A DNA stretch of 64,000 bases from Halorussus marinus. Its GTDB lineage: Archaea; Halobacteriota; Halobacteria; Halobacteriales; Haladaptataceae. Location: contig NZ_SBIV01000001.1 of the NCBI RefSeq assembly GCF_004765795.1, positions 186,001-250,000 on the forward strand. Direction: 5' to 3'. This document shows, in pieces, positions 59,060 through 64,000 of this stretch. Within the stretch, counting starts at the first letter, position 1. The number at the start of each line of letters is the position of its first letter. The position numbers were made by a program, and so were the translations under genes. The notes beneath the pieces were generated by a model. It searched no databases, was not told the origin of the DNA, and worked only from the letters and a program-made list of their open reading frames with translations.

Positions 59060-59889
59060 TCCCTGAGCGCCTCCTCGCGCTCGACGCCGTCGAGCGTGGT
59101 CTCCTGTACGTCCGTTGCGACGACCGCCGGCTTGAAAGCTCCGCCGTCGAACAGGTCGTGGTCCCCGACCGACGACTCCACGAACCGGGTGAACGCCCGG
59201 CGCTCGGGCGGGAGTCGGCCGTACAGAACCTCCTCCTCGACGAGGTCGTACACCGGGATTCGGGGGGTCAGTAAGGTGTTCTCCCCGACGACCGAGTCCT
59301 CGCCGACGACGAACCCGGAGGTGACCCGACAGCCCGCGCCGAGCGAGACGCCGTCCTCGATCACGACCGGCGCGCTCTCGACCGGTTCGAGCACGCCGCC
59401 GATCAGCGTGTTCGCGCCGAGTTTCACGTCCGCGCCGATCTGGGCGCAGGACCCGACCGTGTCACAGGAGTCGATCAGCGTACCGTCGCCGACGGACGCC
59501 CCGATGTTGACGAAACTCGGGCTCATCATGATGCAGTCGGCGCCCAGGTAGGCGCCCCGCCGGATCACGGTGCCGTCGGGGGTGTTGCGGGTCCCCCGGT
59601 CGGCGAGATCGTCGGTCGCCCGGAGGGGCAACACGTCGTGGTGGGTCACGCCGCCGTACTCGCGGCCCTCGGTCTCTCGGAGCCCGAAGTTCAGCAGGAT
59701 GCCACGCTTGACCCACTCGTTTGCCTCCCAGTCGCCGCCGCACTTCTCTGCGGCCCGGACCTCGCCGGTTTCGAGCGCGGTCAGAAACGCGTCGAGGGTC
59801 TCGCGCTCGCTCCGGCCCGCGCTCGCGGCCGAGAGGTCGCCCGCGTCGTAGCGCTCCCAGAGGTCGCCGATCTCGGCATCGAGGCTCAT
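59056..59889 (-). CDS. dapD: Tetrahydrodipicolinate N-succinyltransferase
   Basis: WVKRGILLNF, MMSPSFVNIGA, VGSCAQIG and GGVLEP. Confidence 0.93.
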   Translation of the reverse strand: MSLDAEIGDLWERYDAGDLSAASAGRSERETLDAFLTALETGEVRAAEKCGGDWEANEWVKRGILLNFGLRETEGREYGGVTHHDVLPLRATDDLADRGTRNTPDGTVIRRGAYLGADCIMMSPSFVNIGASVGDGTLIDSCDTVGSCAQIGADVKLGANTLIGGVLEPVESAPVVIEDGVSLGAGCRVTSGFVVGEDSVVGENTLLTPRIPVYDLVEEEVLYGRLPPERRAFTRFVESSVGDHDLFDGGAFKPAVVATDVQETTLDGVEREEALRE

Positions 59890-60668
59890 CGGTCCCCCTC
59901 CACGACCTCGGCGAAGTCGTACCGGCCGGGCTCGCGGCCCGCGACCCACGCCGCGGCGTCGAGCGCGCCCTCGGCGAACACGCCCCGGTCTCCAGCGCGG
60001 TGGGTCAGCCGAAGTTCCTCGCCGTCGCCCGCGAGCAGGACCTCGTGCTCGCCGTCGACCGACCCCGCACGCCGGGCGTGGACCCCGATCTCGCCGTCCT
60101 CGCGGGGGGCCTCGCCCTCCCGGCCGTGGACGCGCTCGGCGGGGGCGGCCGACTCGCGGGCGTCGTCGATGGCGTCCACGATCGCGTTCGCGGTCCCGCT
60201 CGGGGCGTCGCGCTTGGCGTTGTGGTGGGTCTCGGTCACTTCGGCGTCGTAGCCCGGCAGGCCGGCGACCGCCGCCTCGACCGCCGACAGTAGCGCCTGC
60301 ACGCCCCGCCCGAAGTTCGACGCTCGCAAGACCGGGGCACGATCGGCCGCGGCCCGGAGCGCTCGCTCGCCCTCGGCGTCGAAGCCGGTGGTTCCGACCA
60401 CGCTCGCGACGCCGGCGTCGGCGGCCGCATCGACGTACTCCAGACTGCTCGCGGGGACCGTGAAATCGACGAGCGCGTCGGGCGAGCGATCGGCGAGCAA
60501 CTCGCGGAGATCGTCGGCGGGGTCGAGCGCGGTCCCGGCGATCGGGCCGTCGCCGGGATCGCGGGAGACGGCGAACGCGACTGACACGTCCTCGCGGGCG
60601 CTCGCGGCGTCGAGCACCGCCCGGCCCATCCGGCCGGTCGCGCCCGTGACTGCGACATCGACACTCAT
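59886..60668 (-). CDS. dapB: 4-hydroxy-tetrahydrodipicolinate reductase
   Basis: GATGRMG, DFT, GTTG, ETHHNAKRDAPSGTA and GEH. Confidence 0.95.
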   Translation of the reverse strand: MSVDVAVTGATGRMGRAVLDAASAREDVSVAFAVSRDPGDGPIAGTALDPADDLRELLADRSPDALVDFTVPASSLEYVDAAADAGVASVVGTTGFDAEGERALRAAADRAPVLRASNFGRGVQALLSAVEAAVAGLPGYDAEVTETHHNAKRDAPSGTANAIVDAIDDARESAAPAERVHGREGEAPREDGEIGVHARRAGSVDGEHEVLLAGDGEELRLTHRAGDRGVFAEGALDAAAWVAGREPGRYDFAEVVEGDR

Positions 60669-61573
60669 GGGTGTACCTCACTCGGTTCGCCCTCTAATTC
60701 CCCGAGGATACCCGCAAGTTCTGCCCGATTACGATCCGAGAGGCGGGTCAACGGCGACCGCACCGCGGCCGGGCCGTACCCCCGAATCTCCATCGCCTCC
60801 TTCACCGGGATGGGGTTGGTCTCGGCGAACAGCGCGCGGAACAGCGGCGCGAGCGCCTCGTGGTGGTGGCGCGCCCGCTCGAACTCGTCGTCGCGGGCGG
60901 CCGCGACCATCGCCGAGACCCGTTCGGGCTCGACGTTGGCGGCGACGCTGATGGTCCCGGTCGCACCGAGCGACAGCGTCGGGAGCGTGAGGAAGTCGTC
61001 GCCAGACAGGACCGAGAACGCCCGATCTCGGGTGCGCTCGATCACCTCGCCGATCCGCCCGAGGTCGCCGCTCGCGGCCTTGTAGCCCGCGACGTTCTCG
61101 TGGTCGGCCAGCGACTCGACGGTCTCGATCGGGACGGGTCGGCCGGTCCGGGACGGGACGTTGTAGACGATCTGGGGGACGTCGAGCTCGTCGGCGATCG
61201 TTCGGTAGTGGCGCTCGATCCCCGCCGGCTCGGGCTTGTTGTAGTACGGCGAGATGAGCAACAGCGCGTCGGCGCCGGCGTCGACCGACCGCCGGGCGAG
61301 CTCGAGCGCCTCGCGGGTGGCGTTGCTCCCCGCACCCGCGACGACGGGCACGTCGACGGCGTCGGCGACCGTCGCCACCACCTCGACGTGCTCGTCGTGG
61401 GTGAGGGTCGCGCTCTCGCCGGTCGAGCCGACCGGGACGAAGCCGTCGACGCCGGCGGATTCGAGGCGTCGAGCGTCGGCTCGGAGCTGTTCGAAGTCGA
61501 TGCTGTCGTCGGGGCCGAAGGGCGTCGTCATCGCGGGGTACACCCCGCTGAACGGATCTGTGGGTCGTGTCAT
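60665..61573 (-). CDS. dapA: 4-hydroxy-tetrahydrodipicolinate synthase
   Basis: GSTGE, PYYNKP, YNVPSRTG, GYKAAS, SGDD and ETNPIPVK. Confidence 0.96.
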   Translation of the reverse strand: MTRPTDPFSGVYPAMTTPFGPDDSIDFEQLRADARRLESAGVDGFVPVGSTGESATLTHDEHVEVVATVADAVDVPVVAGAGSNATREALELARRSVDAGADALLLISPYYNKPEPAGIERHYRTIADELDVPQIVYNVPSRTGRPVPIETVESLADHENVAGYKAASGDLGRIGEVIERTRDRAFSVLSGDDFLTLPTLSLGATGTISVAANVEPERVSAMVAAARDDEFERARHHHEALAPLFRALFAETNPIPVKEAMEIRGYGPAAVRSPLTRLSDRNRAELAGILGELEGEPSEVHP

Positions 61574-61605
61574 CGTGGTGAGTCGGGCCGGTGTGCGCGC
61601 GGTGC

Positions 61606-61637
61606 GAGAACGAGAGTGGCCCGGGACGGGTCGCCAC
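61606..61637 (-). terminator. Candidate attenuator hairpin plus pyrimidine tract in the dapA leader
   Basis: Minus strand GTGGC-GAC-CCG-TCC-CGG-GCCAC followed by TCTCGTTCTC, between the leader stop and the dapA ATG. Confidence 0.35.
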
Positions 61638-61652
61638 GCCGCCGCGGACCTG

Positions 61653-61751
61653 CTAGTACCGGCGTTTTGTGCCTGTCAGCCCGACGAACTCGACCGCCCC
61701 ACCGGCGGCTGGCGAGCCGAACGTGCCAGCCGCGGCGGCGACGGATTCCAT
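61653..61751 (-). CDS. 32-aa leader peptide of the dap/lys operon
   Basis: MESVAAAAGTFGSPAAGGAVEFVGLTGTKRRY*; ATG 25 nt after BRE/TATA CAAAAGAGTTAAG; single Lys codon AAA. Confidence 0.65.
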   Translation of the reverse strand: MESVAAAAGTFGSPAAGGAVEFVGLTGTKRRY

Positions 61752-61774
61752 ATCCGGCACGGCGGTCGCGCCGA

Positions 61775-61789
61775 ACTTAACTCTTTTGA
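61775..61789 (-). promoter_or_regulatory. BRE/TATA promoter of the dap leader and operon
   Basis: Minus strand TCAAAAGAGTTAAGT at canonical distance from the leader ATG. Confidence 0.6.
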
Positions 61790-61851
61790 CCCGCGAACCG
61801 ACGGCTCCGGAGAGTCGGGGTTTTATCAACTCTCCGGACCAACGAAACGTG

Positions 61852-62493
61852 ATGCTCGTTCTCGGAGACGCTCACGCCGACGACCCCGACAATCGGCGCG
61901 GGCTCTTTGCGGCCTACCGGGCGGCCGACGCGGACGTCGCCCTCCAGCTCGGCGACCTGCTCTACTACGACCTGCCGATTCCGACCTACTTCATCGCCGG
62001 CAACAACGAGGACTTCGACGTCATCGACGCGCTCCGGAACGGCCGGGTCGACAGCGAACGGGTCACCAACGCCACCCTGCTCGCGGGCTCGACCGCGGAC
62101 GTCGGGGGAGTGACGGTCGGCGGGCTCTCGGGCAACTACGCCCCGACCCAGTACGAACGCCCGCGGCCGAACCTCCTCGGCGAGCGCCGGCGCCACTTCG
62201 TGAGCGACGACGTCGAACAGGCAAAACAACTCGGCGACGTGGACGTGCTCTTGCTCCACGAGGCACCCCACGGCCTGCCGGTCACCGAAGACTACGAGGT
62301 CGGCTGTGACCACATCGACGAACTGGTCGACGAACTCGACCCCGACCTCTGTCTCGTCGGCCACCACCACGAGCACGCCGAGGGGACCCGCGGAGACACC
62401 CGCCTCGTCAGCCTCGCGCCCGCGTGGGAGAGCTACTACACCCTCGATCCCGACACGCTCGAACTGACCCGCCACGAGACCCCCTCGGCGTGA
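61852..62493 (+). CDS. Calcineurin-like metallophosphoesterase
   Basis: GDAH, GDL, GNNE, LLHEAP and VGHHH motifs. Confidence 0.88.
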   Translation: MLVLGDAHADDPDNRRGLFAAYRAADADVALQLGDLLYYDLPIPTYFIAGNNEDFDVIDALRNGRVDSERVTNATLLAGSTADVGGVTVGGLSGNYAPTQYERPRPNLLGERRRHFVSDDVEQAKQLGDVDVLLLHEAPHGLPVTEDYEVGCDHIDELVDELDPDLCLVGHHHEHAEGTRGDTRLVSLAPAWESYYTLDPDTLELTRHETPSA

Positions 62494-62509
62494 TCGGCCG
62501 CGACGGGCG

Positions 62510-62605
62510 ACTCGCGGGGACACTCGCTTCGTCAGCCTCGCGCCAGCGTGGGAGAGCTACTACACCCTCGATCCCGACACGCTCGAACTGACTCGGTACG
62601 ATACT
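62510..62605 (+). pseudogene. Duplicated 3' fragment (32 codons) of the metallophosphoesterase gene
   Basis: 86/96 nt identical to 62386-62481; no own start codon. Confidence 0.85.
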
Positions 62606-62690
62606 GCGAGCGAAGCGACCGAGAGAGTGAGGCAGGTTTTTGATCGAGCCGTTGCAAGGGCGGCGCTCTCGTGGGCCGCCCCACCCCGGT
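62605..62690 (-). repeat. Hairpin-rich intergenic repeat, copy 5 (inverted)
   Basis: Reverse complement GGGCGGC..GCCGCCCTTGCAACGGCTCGATCAAAAACC..CTCTC..TTCGCTCGC closely matches copy 2. Confidence 0.75.
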
Positions 62691-62733
62691 CGAGGGCTTA
62701 CCCTTTTTATTACGGGGCGTTCCAACTGTGTCT

Positions 62734-63231
62734 ATGACCGAGATCCATCCGAATCAACGGGTCGCCGTCCTCGCGGACGCACAGAACCTCTATCACACGG
62801 CCCAGAGCGTCTACAGTCGGAATATCGACTACTCCGCGCTGCTCGAAAAGTCCGTGCAGGGCCGCGAGCTCACCCGGGCGATCGCCTACGTGATTCAGGC
62901 CGACAGTCCGGACGAAGAGCGGTTCTTCGAGGCGCTCGAGGACATCGGGTTCGAGACCAAGATCAAGGAGCTCAAGACGTTCGGCGACGGGTCGAAGAAG
63001 GCCGACTGGGACGTGGGGATGAGCCTCGACGCGGTGACGCTGGCCAACCACGTCGATTCGGTGATCCTCTGTACGGGCGACGGCGACTTCTCGCGGCTCT
63101 GCTCGCACCTCCGCCACGAGGGCGTCCGGACCGAAGTCACCAGCTTCGCCGAGTCGACGTCCGAAGAACTGCTTTCGGCCGCCGACGCATTCATCGACAT
63201 GTCCGAGCGGCCCGAGACGTTCCTGCTCTAA
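62734..63231 (+). CDS. NYN domain (LabA/DUF88) protein
   Basis: DAQNL, KKADWDVGMSLD, TGDGDF and ADAFID. Confidence 0.9.
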   Translation: MTEIHPNQRVAVLADAQNLYHTAQSVYSRNIDYSALLEKSVQGRELTRAIAYVIQADSPDEERFFEALEDIGFETKIKELKTFGDGSKKADWDVGMSLDAVTLANHVDSVILCTGDGDFSRLCSHLRHEGVRTEVTSFAESTSEELLSAADAFIDMSERPETFLL

Positions 63232-63398
63232 ACCGGGCGGCCGTCCTCGTCGGCGGTGCCCGAGAGGAGCGCGCCGCCCGCCATCAGGAGGACGGCGACC
63301 GACGAGAGCAGGTACGTCGTGGTGGTCTGTGTGGTCGAGATCGCGAAGACGATCGCGCCGGCCGCGAGGACGAGCGCCAGGCCGAGGTTCGCTTTCAT
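63228..63398 (-). CDS. Small two-TM membrane protein
   Basis: MKANLGLALVLAAG...GTADEDGRPV; TTTATA box about 25 nt upstream. Confidence 0.7.
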   Translation of the reverse strand: MKANLGLALVLAAGAIVFAISTTQTTTTYLLSSVAVLLMAGGALLSGTADEDGRPV

Positions 63399-63569
63399 TG
63401 TAGCCGCGAGTAATCGCTCCACGATTATAAATCTCGCCGTAACCGCCGGGAGAGAGCGTGATTAATCATTATATTGGTCTGGCATGTCTCGGTGTGTGAT
63501 AGCAAACAACACACAATCGGGTCGGCCGAGAGCCAAGGCTTTTCGCGGCCCGCCCCGAACTCGCGGCCA

Positions 63570-64000
63570 ATGAGTTCGACCGAGGATCTCCCCTCGCTCC
63601 GGACGACCGCGGACTACCAGTTCGGGGCGGGCGCAGGCGCCGCGCTGTTTCCCGCCGAGGCCGACCTCGAAGTGCGACGCTCCTCGTCGGGGCGGCCCCA
63701 GCAGGTCGTCGCGACCGACGGCCGGATCGTCACCTACGGCACCGACGGCCGATTCACGCTGGGTCTCGCCGGCGGCCGACGGCTCCTCGACGCCCTTGAG
63801 GCGCCCGCGGGTCGGGTCGTCGTCGGCGACGAGAGCGAACCGTTCGTCCGCGAGGGCAAGAACGTCTTCGCGAAGTTCGTCTCGGCGGTCGACCCCGACG
63901 TCCGGCCCGGCGACGAGGTCGCGATCGTCCACGAGGCCGACGGCGACCTCCTCGGCGTGGGCCGGGCGGAGCTGTCGGCCGACGCGATGGCCGACTTCGA
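63570..64000 (+). CDS. PUA domain protein (3' truncated)
   Basis: Hand translation: ADYQFGAGAG, DGRFTLG, EPFVREGKNVFAKFV and RPGDEV. Confidence 0.85.
   Translation, partial: MSSTEDLPSLRTTADYQFGAGAGAALFPAEADLEVRRSSSGRPQQVVATDGRIVTYGTDGRFTLGLAGGRRLLDALEAPAGRVVVGDESEPFVREGKNVFAKFVSAVDPDVRPGDEVAIVHEADGDLLGVGRAELSADAMADF

Noticed and set aside
62386..62605. Possible diversity-generating retroelement VR/TR pair
   Set aside because: Mismatches are not concentrated at sense-strand adenines of either copy, are mostly synonymous, and no reverse transcriptase is in the window.
62734..63231. NYN protein plus neighbouring small membrane gene as a toxin-antitoxin or defence pair
   Set aside because: The genes are convergent, have host-like codon usage and lie in a housekeeping context; LabA/DUF88 proteins are common in archaea.
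63459..63468. TGATTAATCA palindrome
   Set aside because: A 10-bp palindrome in an AT-rich divergent promoter, with no second copy or supporting context.

Overview
The window is GC-rich chromosomal DNA from a halophilic archaeon (class Halobacteria). This rests on strongly acidic proteins, egsA, an F420 reductase, the FolC-FolP and PurN-PurH fusions, Tat lipoprotein signals and TATA boxes about 25 nt before start codons. It holds about 66 real protein genes, mostly housekeeping: katG, npdG, gdh-gfcR, a monothiol glutaredoxin, a CysD-like gene, gltB, egsA, folCP, purNH/purB and a complete dapABD-lysA-dapF-dapE lysine operon. It also has a regulator / 3-hydroxybutyrate-dehydrogenase-like SDR / Liv-type ABC transporter / FabH-like / MFS cluster and a small lower-GC insert at about 22.1-23.9 kb. 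I recognised no rRNA, tRNA, CRISPR array or transposase. The main signals lie below the ORF-track size cutoff. (1) A 32-codon leader ORF with a single Lys codon near its end (TKRRY*) sits in front of the lysine operon, followed by a hairpin and a pyrimidine tract; it is a candidate archaeal lysine-sensing attenuator. (2) A 29-codon uORF is coupled to katG by TAATG. (3) The LivM-type permease probably starts at ATT. (4) A hairpin-rich intergenic repeat family occurs five times. (5) A 96-nt gene-tail duplication differs mostly at third codon positions. (6) Several operator-like palindromes are present. Family assignments come from recognising motifs by eye, not from database searches.
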